Positions 18,011 through 27,697 of a stretch of 64,000 nt of DNA are shown here, piece after piece. Each line of letters opens with the position of its first letter. Within the stretch, counting starts at the first letter, position 1. The DNA is from Anaeromyxobacteraceae bacterium (lineage in GTDB: Bacteria > Myxococcota > Myxococcia > Myxococcales > Anaeromyxobacteraceae): assembly GCA_047602405.1 (NCBI GenBank), contig JASGHJ010000001.1:1568001-1632000 (forward strand), written 5' to 3'. The position numbers and the translations under genes are program-made. Under the pieces are notes generated by a model. The model was not told where the DNA came from and did not search any database. It saw only the letters and a list, made by a program, of their open reading frames with translations.

Positions 18011-18316
18011 CTAAAAGCTGAATAAAATAAGCTTAAAAGAAAATTGATGTGCCAGGGGGGTGTCAACCTGGACGGGCATTATTATCGTCCCCTCTGCCGG
18101 CGTCGGGACGACCGAGCAGGGGCATGACGCAGAGGTTGCGTGGCAACCGGTGGCTCGGGCGGCTCCCGAAGCGTTTCATAGGCAGCTTTCAGAGACAGGC
18201 TTTTCAGAGACAGAGTCACAACGCTTCTCAGCAGCACCCTTCGGAGACAGTGCAGCACGCGGCCCCACCTCGTTCGTGAAACCTGGTCGGGGACCTTTAC
18301 CGGGGAAGGACACCAG
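18011..18316 (+). promoter_or_regulatory. AT-rich promoter region and structured leader or possible sRNA upstream of the LuxR gene
   Basis: A-tracts phased at 18013/18024/18035; several hairpins; TTC(A/G)GAGACAG occurs three times. Confidence 0.5.
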
Positions 18317-18655
18317 ATGGCCCAGATCGATATCGAGATCCTCACGCCGTTCGCCGCGAAGTTCATGGAGGGGACCACCCTCACCCCCGCCGAGCGCGCC
18401 GAGGTGCTGCGCATCGCCCAGGGCTTCGCCTGCAAGGACTCCGCGGCCGCCGCCGGCGTCTCCCCCGAGACCATCCGCGCCCGCCGCAAGCGCATCTACC
18501 GCAAGCTCGACGTCCCGGGCTCCGGTGAGCTGCTCGCCAGCCTCCTCGCCCTCTCGCTCAAGATGCTCGCCAAGGGCGAGCGCATCGAGCCGCGCCCGGT
18601 GACCCCGACGGCGCAGCCGCAGGCGTCCACGCAGGCCGCCGCGGTCCTCCGCTAG
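18317..18655 (+). CDS. Stand-alone LuxR-type HTH regulator
   Basis: LTPAE..VL..AQG..KD.A...GVSPETIR..RKRIYRKL. Confidence 0.88.
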   Translation: MAQIDIEILTPFAAKFMEGTTLTPAERAEVLRIAQGFACKDSAAAAGVSPETIRARRKRIYRKLDVPGSGELLASLLALSLKMLAKGERIEPRPVTPTAQPQASTQAAAVLR

Positions 18656-18729
18656 CTTTCGAAGCCTCGTTGGTCCCCCCGGACGCCCGCGTGAGGCCGG
18701 CGTCCGGGGGCCGCGTCGACACCCTCGCC

Positions 18730-18800
18730 CCGTTCATCCCGAGCCCTTCGACTTCGCCGGCGGTCGCCGGCGACGCTCAGGGCAGGCGGAGTCGAGGGAC
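18730..18800. repeat. Repeat family A, A-in-A nested copy
   Basis: CCGTTCATCCCGAGC[CCTTCGACTTC-hairpin-ACGCTCAGG]GCGGAGTCGAGGGAC. Confidence 0.85.
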
Positions 18801-18806
18801 CCCTCT

Positions 18807-19544
18807 TCAGGTCCGCACGTAGCCCGTCGCGAGCGCCCGCGCCCAGTCCTCGCGCCCGCGCTCCCGCGCCAGCGCCGCCATCGCGGCGTGATCGTACGGC
18901 ACGCTCACGAGCTCCGCGCGCCAGCCACCCGCCACCGTCTCCACGATCGCGTAGCGCGCGTCGGGCGAGCCGGTCTCCACGACGTGCGGGTGCGGGTTGC
19001 CGTCGTCGTAGGCCGGCAGCCCGACGCTCCCCGGGTTCACGACGAGCGCGCCGCGCCGCGCGCGGACGGCCCGCGGCACGTGGCTGTGGCCGCAGGCGAC
19101 GAGCGCCGCGTCCACGTCGCCGAGCCGCGCCTCGACCTCGGCCGCCGTCGCGGCGCGCAGGCCCGTCCGCTCGACCGTCTCGAGCAGGTACACGAGGTCG
19201 CTCGCGGGCGTGCCGTGGCAGAGGTGGACGCCGGGCGCGTAGGCCGCCCGGGGCGGGAGGCCCGCGATCCAGGCGAGCTCCGCGTCGCCGAGGCGCGCGC
19301 GGGCGTGGGCGTCCGAGAGCCCCATCCGCGCGGGATCGCCGAGGAGCTGGCGCTCGTGGTTGCCGGCGAGGTGCAGCCAGCCGGTCGCCATGAGGTGGCG
19401 CGCCGTCTCGAGCGGCAGGAGCGGGCCCGAGAGGCTGTCGCCGAGGTTCAGGACCGCGTCGACCGCGCGGCCGGCGAGGTCCGCCTCGACGGCCTCGAGC
19501 GCCGGGAGGTTGCCGTGGATGTCCGAGACGAGCGCGAGCCGCAT
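18807..19544 (-). CDS. YfcE-like metallophosphoesterase
   Basis: SDIHGN, LGD, GNHE, CHG, GHSH and NPGSVG motifs. Confidence 0.92.
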   Translation of the reverse strand: MRLALVSDIHGNLPALEAVEADLAGRAVDAVLNLGDSLSGPLLPLETARHLMATGWLHLAGNHERQLLGDPARMGLSDAHARARLGDAELAWIAGLPPRAAYAPGVHLCHGTPASDLVYLLETVERTGLRAATAAEVEARLGDVDAALVACGHSHVPRAVRARRGALVVNPGSVGLPAYDDGNPHPHVVETGSPDARYAIVETVAGGWRAELVSVPYDHAAMAALARERGREDWARALATGYVRT

Positions 19545-19565
19545 CGACGCCCTCCCGGGCGACCG

Positions 19566-21563
19566 CTACCGCTGCCCGAGCCAGGCGCCGAGCCGCTCGG
19601 CGACCTTGTCCGGCGTGAAGCCGAAGTGCTCGGCGAGCGCCTTCTCCGGCGCGCTCGCGCCGAAGCCCTCGATGCCGACGACGCAGCCGTCCTTGCCGAC
19701 GAGCTGCCACCACTCGGTGCCGCGCGCCGCCTCGACGGCCGCGGTCGGGAGCGCGCTCGGCACGAGCCCCTCGCGCACGCCGGCGGGCTGCGCGAGGAAG
19801 CAGGTCAGGCACGGGACCGAGACGAGCCGGCCGTGCTTGCCCTGCGCGGCGAGCTTCGCGAGCGCGGCCTGCGCGAGCGGCAGCTCGGAGCCGGTGGCGA
19901 GCACCGTGAAGGTCGCGCCGTCCGGCGCGTCGACCACGTACGCGCCGCGGCTCATCGCGGCGCCCGGCTCGAACGGCGCCTTCCGGGTGACGGCCGGGAT
20001 CTTCTGGCGCGAGAGGATGAGCGCGGTGGGGCCGTGCCTGCGGGTGAGCGCGTGCGCCCAGGCGAGCGCGGTCTCCTCGCCGTCGGCGGGGCGGACGACG
20101 TGCAGCTCCGGGATCGCGCGCAGCGCGGTGAGGTGCTCGATGGGCTGGTGGGTCGGGCCGTCCTCGCCGAGGAAGATCGTGTCGTGCGTCCAGACGTAGA
20201 TCGCCTGGAGCTTCGCGAGGGCCGCGAGGCGGACCGCCGGCCGCATGTAGTCGGCGAACTGGAGGAAGGTCGCGACGAACGGGATGAAGAGGCCGTCGTA
20301 GGCGAGGCCGTTCGCGATCGCGCCCATCGCGTGCTCGCGGATGCCGAAGTGGAGGTTGCGGGCGTCGAACTTGCCCTTCTGGACCGAGCCGCCGCCCTTG
20401 ATGTCGGTGAGGTTCGACTCGGCGAGATCGGCCGAGCCGCCCACGAGCTCGGGCACGATCGGCGCGAGCTTCTGGAGGATCGCGGAGGAGAGCTTGCGGG
20501 TCGCGTCGGCGCCCGCCGCGCCCTCGAGGGCGCGCTCGAGGATCGCCTGCGGCACCCAGCGCTCCTGGTGCACCTCGAGGAGCGCCGCCTGCTCCGGCGC
20601 CTCCTTGCGCCAGGCGTCGTGCTTCGCGGTCCACGCCGCGAGGTGGCTCTCCTTCTCCCGCTTCACCTCGGCCCAGTACGCCTTCACCTCGTCGGGCACG
20701 AGGAACCGCGGCTCGGCGGGCCAGCCGCGCGCCTTCTTCGCCGCGGCGAGCTCCTCCTCGCCGAGGGGGGCGCCGTGCGCGGAGGACTTGCCGGCCTTGT
20801 TCGGGGCGCCGAAGCCGATGGTGGTCTTCACGCGGATGAGCGAGGGGCGGGGGTCGGCCTTCGCCGCCGTGATCGCCGCGTCGATGGCGGCGTGGTCGCG
20901 GCCGTTCACCGCCTGCACGTGCCAGCCGTACGACTCGAACCGCTTCGTGACGTCCTCGCCGAACGCGAGCGAGGTCTTGCCGTCGATGGTGATCTCGTTG
21001 TCGTCGTAGAGGTAGACGAGGCGGCCGAGCGAGAGGTGGCCGGCGAGGCTCGCGGCCTCCGAGGCGACGCCCTCCATGAGGTCGCCGTCCGAGACGATCG
21101 CGTAGACGAACACGTCCTCGACGGGGTTGCCCGCGCCGAGCCGCGCCGAGAGCATCGCCTGGCCGAGCGCGAAGCCGACCCCGTTCGCGAAGCCCTGGCC
21201 GAGCGGGCCGCTCGTGATCTCCACGCCGGGCAGGTGGCCGAACTCCGGGTGGCCCGCGGTGCGCGAGCCGAGCTGCCGGAAGGCCTTCAGGTCGTCGAGC
21301 GTGCAGTCGAAGCCCGCGAGGTGGAGGAGCCCGTAGAGCAGCATCGAGCCGTGGCCGGCGGAGAGCAGGAAGCGGTCGCGGCCGAGCCAGCGCGGCTGCG
21401 CGGGGTCGTAGCGCAGGTGGCGCGTCCAGAGGACGTGCGCCATGTCCGCGGCGCCCATCGGCATGCCGGGGTGACCGCTGTTCGCCTTCTGGACGGCGTC
21501 GGCCGCCAGGAAGCGCAGCGTGTCGATGGCCTTCTCGGTGCGGGCGTCGGCGAGCTCGGGCAC
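19566..21563 (-). CDS. tkt: Transketolase
   Basis: [37 protein letters not shown] and GEDGPTHQP motifs. Confidence 0.98.
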   Translation of the reverse strand: MPELADARTEKAIDTLRFLAADAVQKANSGHPGMPMGAADMAHVLWTRHLRYDPAQPRWLGRDRFLLSAGHGSMLLYGLLHLAGFDCTLDDLKAFRQLGSRTAGHPEFGHLPGVEITSGPLGQGFANGVGFALGQAMLSARLGAGNPVEDVFVYAIVSDGDLMEGVASEAASLAGHLSLGRLVYLYDDNEITIDGKTSLAFGEDVTKRFESYGWHVQAVNGRDHAAIDAAITAAKADPRPSLIRVKTTIGFGAPNKAGKSSAHGAPLGEEELAAAKKARGWPAEPRFLVPDEVKAYWAEVKREKESHLAAWTAKHDAWRKEAPEQAALLEVHQERWVPQAILERALEGAAGADATRKLSSAILQKLAPIVPELVGGSADLAESNLTDIKGGGSVQKGKFDARNLHFGIREHAMGAIANGLAYDGLFIPFVATFLQFADYMRPAVRLAALAKLQAIYVWTHDTIFLGEDGPTHQPIEHLTALRAIPELHVVRPADGEETALAWAHALTRRHGPTALILSRQKIPAVTRKAPFEPGAAMSRGAYVVDAPDGATFTVLATGSELPLAQAALAKLAAQGKHGRLVSVPCLTCFLAQPAGVREGLVPSALPTAAVEAARGTEWWQLVGKDGCVVGIEGFGASAPEKALAEHFGFTPDKVAERLGAWLGQR

Positions 21564-21687
21564 GGGATCTCCTCGTGGGGTGCGGAGGCGCGCAAGATCG
21601 CCCGTCGATGCGGGATTTTCAAGCGAGACCGCCGCGCAAAGGTTTCGTGCGCCTTGACGGGCCCGGATTCATCCGTACGGTGAGCCG

Positions 21688-22116
21688 GTGCTCGAGCGCG
21701 ATCTCATCCTGAAGATGGTGCAGGACCTGGCCCGGGTGCTGGCCCGGGCCCTGGGGCTCCGCAAGCAGGGGATGACCGAGCAGGCGGTCCAGGAGGTCGA
21801 GACCGCGGCGTCGAGCCTCATCGGGCTGGACCTGAAGGTGGTCGCCGCCCTCGACGCCGGGGTCATCGCGAAGCAGCTCGTCGCACCGGAGAAGATCGAC
21901 GCCATCGCCCAGGTCGTCTGGGCTCGGGCCGACCTCGCCCAGGACGCCGGCGACCTCGGCGAGGCGCTCTGGCGCCGCAAGGCGGTCGAGCTGTGGCTCG
22001 AGGGGGCCGCCGCCGGGGCGACGCTCTCCGACGACGCGCTGCGCGCCATCGCGGGCCACCCTGCCGGCGACCTCGGCCCGCGCCAGCAGCGGCTGCGCGA
22101 GGCGCTGGTCGGGTAG
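21688..22116 (+). CDS. Hypothetical helical protein (DUF6483-like)
   Basis: ERDLILKMVQDLARVLARAL N-terminus; promoter-like TTGACG..TACGGT directly upstream. Confidence 0.7.
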   Translation: MLERDLILKMVQDLARVLARALGLRKQGMTEQAVQEVETAASSLIGLDLKVVAALDAGVIAKQLVAPEKIDAIAQVVWARADLAQDAGDLGEALWRRKAVELWLEGAAAGATLSDDALRAIAGHPAGDLGPRQQRLREALVG

Positions 22117-22125
22117 GGCCGCCGC

Positions 22126-23232
22126 TCAGAGGTCCGTCGAGAGCCCGAGGAGGAGCCCGAGCGCGTCGAGCGGGAGGTTCGTCCCGTCCACGCGCACGTC
22201 GCCGAGCGTCGCGCGCAGCTCGACGCCGAGGCGCGTGCGCGCGCCGACCGGTACCGAGACGCCGAGCCCGGCCTCGGCGAGGAAGGCGTTCGGGCTGCCG
22301 GTGCGCGACACCGGGAGCGCGGGCGCGGTGGCGGCCCGGGTGGCCTCCCACGACGCGAGCCCGACGCCGACGCCCACCGCCGCCGAGACCTCCGCCTCGC
22401 CGGCGGCGGCGAGGAGCCGCGCGCGCGCCATGAGCGGCAGCACGCGGAGCGAGCCCCGCAGCACCCGCGGCCGGCCGTCGCCGAACTCGGCGTTCGTGCC
22501 CGAGAGCCTCGCGCGCCACGCGACCGAGGCCTCGAGGCGCAGGTGCCGGCCGGCCGCGACGCCCAGCCCGAGCTCCGCCGTCGTGGGCCGTCCCCAGCCG
22601 TCGAGCGGGCCGGCGAAGGGCGCGACCGCGCCGAGCCGCAGCTCGAGCACGCGCCGGGACCGTGTGCCCACCGGCGCGGCCTCGCCGTCGGCCCTCACGG
22701 CCGCGGCGGGGACGAAGCCCTCCTGTCCGGCCGGTCCCTTCACGAAGAGCCAGCCCTGCGCGGCGGTCGGGCCGAAGGTGACCCGCGCGCCGGGTGCGAG
22801 CTCGGCCACCACGTCGGCGGCGACGTTCGCGGTCCGGCGGAGCGCGACGGGCTCGGCGGGCAGCGGCTCGCAGCCCGCGCTCGCGCCCGGCTTCACGCTC
22901 GCCGCGGGCGCGAGGCCGGCCTCGCTGGCCGCGGTCCGGACCCGCACCATGCCGCCCTCGGCCCGCGTGAACGCGACCGCCGTCCCGCTCGCGAGCGCGC
23001 CGGCCCCGGCGCGAAGCTCCACGGGCTCCATGACGACGCCGCAGGCCGGCGCCGGGCGGTCCGACGCGTAGCGGATCGACCGCTCGCCGAGGAGCACGCC
23101 CGCGCACGCGAGACAGACGATGGTGCCGGCGGAGGGGCGGGCGGCGTCAGCAGCGGGGGCCGGCTGGGGACGCGCGGCGACGGGGAGCAGCGCGAGGGTG
23201 ATGGCGGCGGCGGTGCGCCGGACCTGGATCAT
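22126..23232 (-). CDS. Exported protein with SH3b-like repeats and OMP beta-barrel-like C-terminus
   Basis: Signal peptide; GWLFVKGPAGQEGFVPA SH3b-like segment; alternating beta-strand C-terminus. Confidence 0.55.
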   Translation of the reverse strand: MIQVRRTAAAITLALLPVAARPQPAPAADAARPSAGTIVCLACAGVLLGERSIRYASDRPAPACGVVMEPVELRAGAGALASGTAVAFTRAEGGMVRVRTAASEAGLAPAASVKPGASAGCEPLPAEPVALRRTANVAADVVAELAPGARVTFGPTAAQGWLFVKGPAGQEGFVPAAAVRADGEAAPVGTRSRRVLELRLGAVAPFAGPLDGWGRPTTAELGLGVAAGRHLRLEASVAWRARLSGTNAEFGDGRPRVLRGSLRVLPLMARARLLAAAGEAEVSAAVGVGVGLASWEATRAATAPALPVSRTGSPNAFLAEAGLGVSVPVGARTRLGVELRATLGDVRVDGTNLPLDALGLLLGLSTDL

Positions 23233-23237
23233 GCGCG

Positions 23238-24062
23238 TCAGTCCCAGCTTCCCCAGCTCCGGAAGATCCCGCGCCGCGTCCGCCGGGCCCAGGCGCGCGG
23301 CGGCACGACGAGCGCGAGCAGGATCACGATCGCGGCGAGCACCACGCCGCCCCGCCGCGCGAGCAGCCCGCCGGCGAGCAGCACGAGCCAGGCCACGCCG
23401 AGCCCGACGGTGATCGTGAGCCGGTGCGCGGCCGGGAACCGCTCCACGAGCCAGTTCCAGAGCGGCTCGCTCCCGGCGCCGCCGCCGACGGGGTCGAGGC
23501 CGCCGCCGAGGCCGCCGTCCACGCCGAGCCGGCGCCGCTCGCGGTCGCCGACCTGCCGCGCGAGCTCGACGCCCATCTCGTACTTCAGCTTCGCGAGCTC
23601 CTCGGCCTCGCGCCGCGCCCTCTCCCTCGCGGCCTCGCCCTCGGCGGAGAGCCGCGCGTCCTCCGCGGCGCGCTCGGCCCAGAGCCGGTCGTTCCACGCC
23701 TGGACCTCGGGCGTGTCGAGCCGGGCGCCGCAGGTGCAGACCACCTCGTGGAGGCCGTGGTCGCGCCCGCACGCGGGGCAGCGCTGGAAGGGCCGGGCGG
23801 CCGGGTCGCGCTCGGCGAGCTGCAGCCCCGGATCGTGATCCGGGCCGAACCGGGCGGCCTCGGAGACGGCTGCTGCCGGGGTGGGAGGGCCGCTCGTCCC
23901 GGGCGTGGGCCCGCGGAGCGGGCCGGAGTCGGCGGACGAGCCCGGAGACGCAGTGCCCTCGAGCGCGTCGAAGCGGCCCGGGTCGGCGGTCGGCGCGGGG
24001 CCGTCGGTGTCGGGGCCGCGGGGCCGCTCGAGGTGCAGGAAGCGCTTCAGCTTGCCGGGCAC
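23238..24062 (-). CDS. Hypothetical Zn-ribbon, coiled-coil and 2-TM protein
   Basis: GTG start 2 nt after the AAA gene stop; CPAC..CTC motif; C-terminal TM helices. Confidence 0.7.
   Translation of the reverse strand: MPGKLKRFLHLERPRGPDTDGPAPTADPGRFDALEGTASPGSSADSGPLRGPTPGTSGPPTPAAAVSEAARFGPDHDPGLQLAERDPAARPFQRCPACGRDHGLHEVVCTCGARLDTPEVQAWNDRLWAERAAEDARLSAEGEAARERARREAEELAKLKYEMGVELARQVGDRERRRLGVDGGLGGGLDPVGGGAGSEPLWNWLVERFPAAHRLTITVGLGVAWLVLLAGGLLARRGGVVLAAIVILLALVVPPRAWARRTRRGIFRSWGSWD
23890..23939 (-). repeat. Repeat family A, in frame within the Zn-ribbon CDS
   Basis: CCGCTCGTCCCGGGCGTGGGCCCGCGGAGCGGGCCGGAGTCG. Confidence 0.75.
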
Positions 24063-24064
24063 CG

Positions 24065-25615
<1,551 letters not shown>

Positions 25616-25685
25616 CGCGCCGACAGTGTACCGCCGATCGCCGGGGAGCGAAGGAGGAGGCGGAGCCGTTTCGCCGCCTGCAGCA

Positions 25686-27062
25686 TCACCCGCCGCGCTG
25701 CCTCCAACCCGCCGCTGCGTACGGGACTGCGGCGCGCCAGTGTGCGACAGGCTCCTTCACGAGAAGGGGGAGGGGAAGGGGGAGGTCGCCGTCATCCATC
25801 TTCTCCAGCACCTCCGAGGCACGCACCGTGAGGGCCTTCACCTCCCTCCGCTCCTCGCGCTCACGCCGCGCCTCTGCCTTGCGCTTCTCGATGTACTCGC
25901 GCCCGTACTTGAGGAACGCCCGGTACTGGTTGTGGGTCCGGCACTTCGTCACGAGGTCGTCGACCGTGGACGACCCGGTCTCGTTCGCCGGGTCGAGGTG
26001 ATCCATCTCCAGCCGCTCCGTCTCCGGGCAACGTTCGCCGTTGCAGACCTCGGTGCAGCGGTGCCCATCGCGAGCGAGCACCGCGCGGCGGACGCCGAGC
26101 GGGACGCGCAGGCGGGTGCCGGGCGTGGCGACCTGGTCCGGGATCGGCCGCGGGTGCTCCGGCGCGATGAAACCGAGCCGCTTGCCGTGCTTCTCGAGGG
26201 AGTCGTGGAGCATCTGCTCGAACACCTTCTGCAGATCGCCGTCGGGGATCTTGTGGGCGAGGTAGCCCTTGAGCGTGTCGAGGTCCGCCTTCAGCGCGCG
26301 GTCGAGCCCGATCCGCCACTGCCAGCGGCCGTCGGCGACCGGCTCGATGCGGCTGCGATCGCGGAGGCGGAACAGCGGCGTGGTCGGTGCGAGAGACAGG
26401 ACCGGAGTCGGAGGAGTGGGAGTCGGAGACAAATCCCGAGTCGGAGGCGGAATGAGCGAGAGACTCGGCGGCGAGTTCATCTCCTCCCGAGGAGTGAACC
26501 CTGAATCCGTAAGGTCATTCTCCGGTGATGTCCCTGCAGGGGCGTTCGTCGCAGGAAGAGTAGAGAGCGTCGGCTGCGCTGCCTGCAGCGCCGAGATCAG
26601 CTGCTGCTCCGGAACCATCGGCTGACGAGGCCCCGGCCTCGGCAGCTTCCGGAGCCCGTCCGCCGGCACGTCCTTCGGCCGGATGGAGACGACGAGCTCC
26701 TCCGTTTCGCGCTTCGTGAGGTGCGTCGCCTTCCGGACAAGGTCGTCCACGTTCGCCGCGGACATGACCGGCCCGAGCATGCAGAGCTGGGTGAGGTTGA
26801 TGAGCCCCTCCTCGATCGCACCCTCGAGCTGCGGGTATTTCCGGATGAGCTTCATCGCCGTGACCCGGCGGTAGGCCGTCGCCTCCGCCAGGTGCAGCTT
26901 CCGGACGAGGTACTGGAACGTGGAGGTGCAGCCGAGCGCGGCGAACGCCATCGCCCGGTCGAAGACGTCGAGGAGGCGGAGGAAGACGACGAGGCCCACG
27001 TGCTCCTCGTGGACGTGGGACTTCAGCTCGGCATCGAGCGACAGGATGGCATCGAGCTTCAT
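25686..27062 (-). CDS. HNH endonuclease domain protein (DUF222-like N-terminus)
   Basis: RRAVLARDGHRC..C..LEMDHL...DDLVTKCRTHN; Pro/Thr-rich linker with atypical codon usage. Confidence 0.8.
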   Translation of the reverse strand: MKLDAILSLDAELKSHVHEEHVGLVVFLRLLDVFDRAMAFAALGCTSTFQYLVRKLHLAEATAYRRVTAMKLIRKYPQLEGAIEEGLINLTQLCMLGPVMSAANVDDLVRKATHLTKRETEELVVSIRPKDVPADGLRKLPRPGPRQPMVPEQQLISALQAAQPTLSTLPATNAPAGTSPENDLTDSGFTPREEMNSPPSLSLIPPPTRDLSPTPTPPTPVLSLAPTTPLFRLRDRSRIEPVADGRWQWRIGLDRALKADLDTLKGYLAHKIPDGDLQKVFEQMLHDSLEKHGKRLGFIAPEHPRPIPDQVATPGTRLRVPLGVRRAVLARDGHRCTEVCNGERCPETERLEMDHLDPANETGSSTVDDLVTKCRTHNQYRAFLKYGREYIEKRKAEARREREERREVKALTVRASEVLEKMDDGDLPLPLPLLVKEPVAHWRAAVPYAAAGWRQRGG

Positions 27063-27083
27063 GACTCACCTCGCATGAAAGAA

Positions 27084-27104
27084 CGTGAACGCATGTCCAG
27101 TATA
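27084..27104 (-). promoter_or_regulatory. -10 element (TATACT) with adjacent LexA-box-like operator
   Basis: Minus strand reads TATACTGGACATGCGTTCACG; imperfect palindrome TGAAC-N4-GTCCA. Confidence 0.5.
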
Positions 27105-27256
27105 ACACGCGAAGTGAACACGTCCATGGGCGTCCATGGTCCCGGATGGGTTCACTTCCGGTGACCGGTGCGCCCTCGCCGCCAGGGAGGCGCCGTCCTG
27201 CGGTCACGACCTTCGAGCGGGGATGGAGACTGCTGCATCAGGAACAGACAGGCACC

Positions 27257-27697
27257 CTACGGCACCCTCACCCACGCGAGCCCGAACTCGCCCCCGTCCA
27301 CGTCGACGGCGGCGATCGTGCCGGGCGGGAACTCCACCTCCCGGCCCGCCACCGTGGCGACCGCGCCGCCGAGCTCCGGGTTGTGGCCCACGAGCACCGT
27401 CCCCGCGCCGCACCGCGCCGCGAGCAGCAGCACGCCGCGCGCGTCCGAGACCCCGGACGCGAGCTCGGCCTCCGCGTCCGCCCGCACGCCCAGCACGGTC
27501 GCGAGGATCTGCGCCGTCTCCCGGCACCGCGTGAACGGGCTCGCGACGACGCGCGAGACCTGGAGCTCCGCCCGGATCCGCCGGACGTGACCCTCGAGGT
27601 CCAGCCGACCCTCCGGCGTGAGCCGCCGGGCCGCGTCGCCGCCCGGGTTCGACGCCTCCGCGCGCCCGTGGCGCACGAGGTAGATGCGCTTCGACAT
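27257..27697 (-). CDS. sixA: Phosphohistidine phosphatase SixA-like
   Basis: LVRHG.A, LT..G, SPF.RC.ETA and LVGHNP motifs. Confidence 0.85.
   Translation of the reverse strand: MSKRIYLVRHGRAEASNPGGDAARRLTPEGRLDLEGHVRRIRAELQVSRVVASPFTRCRETAQILATVLGVRADAEAELASGVSDARGVLLLAARCGAGTVLVGHNPELGGAVATVAGREVEFPPGTIAAVDVDGGEFGLAWVRVP

Noticed and set aside
18049..18279. Leader peptide ORF with repeated FQRQ
   Set aside because: No RBS and atypical codons; the repeats are better explained at nucleotide level
25686..27062. HNH gene as IscB/Cas9-like nuclease or IS element
   Set aside because: No RuvC motifs, PLMP N-terminus, terminal repeats, target duplication or adjacent array were seen
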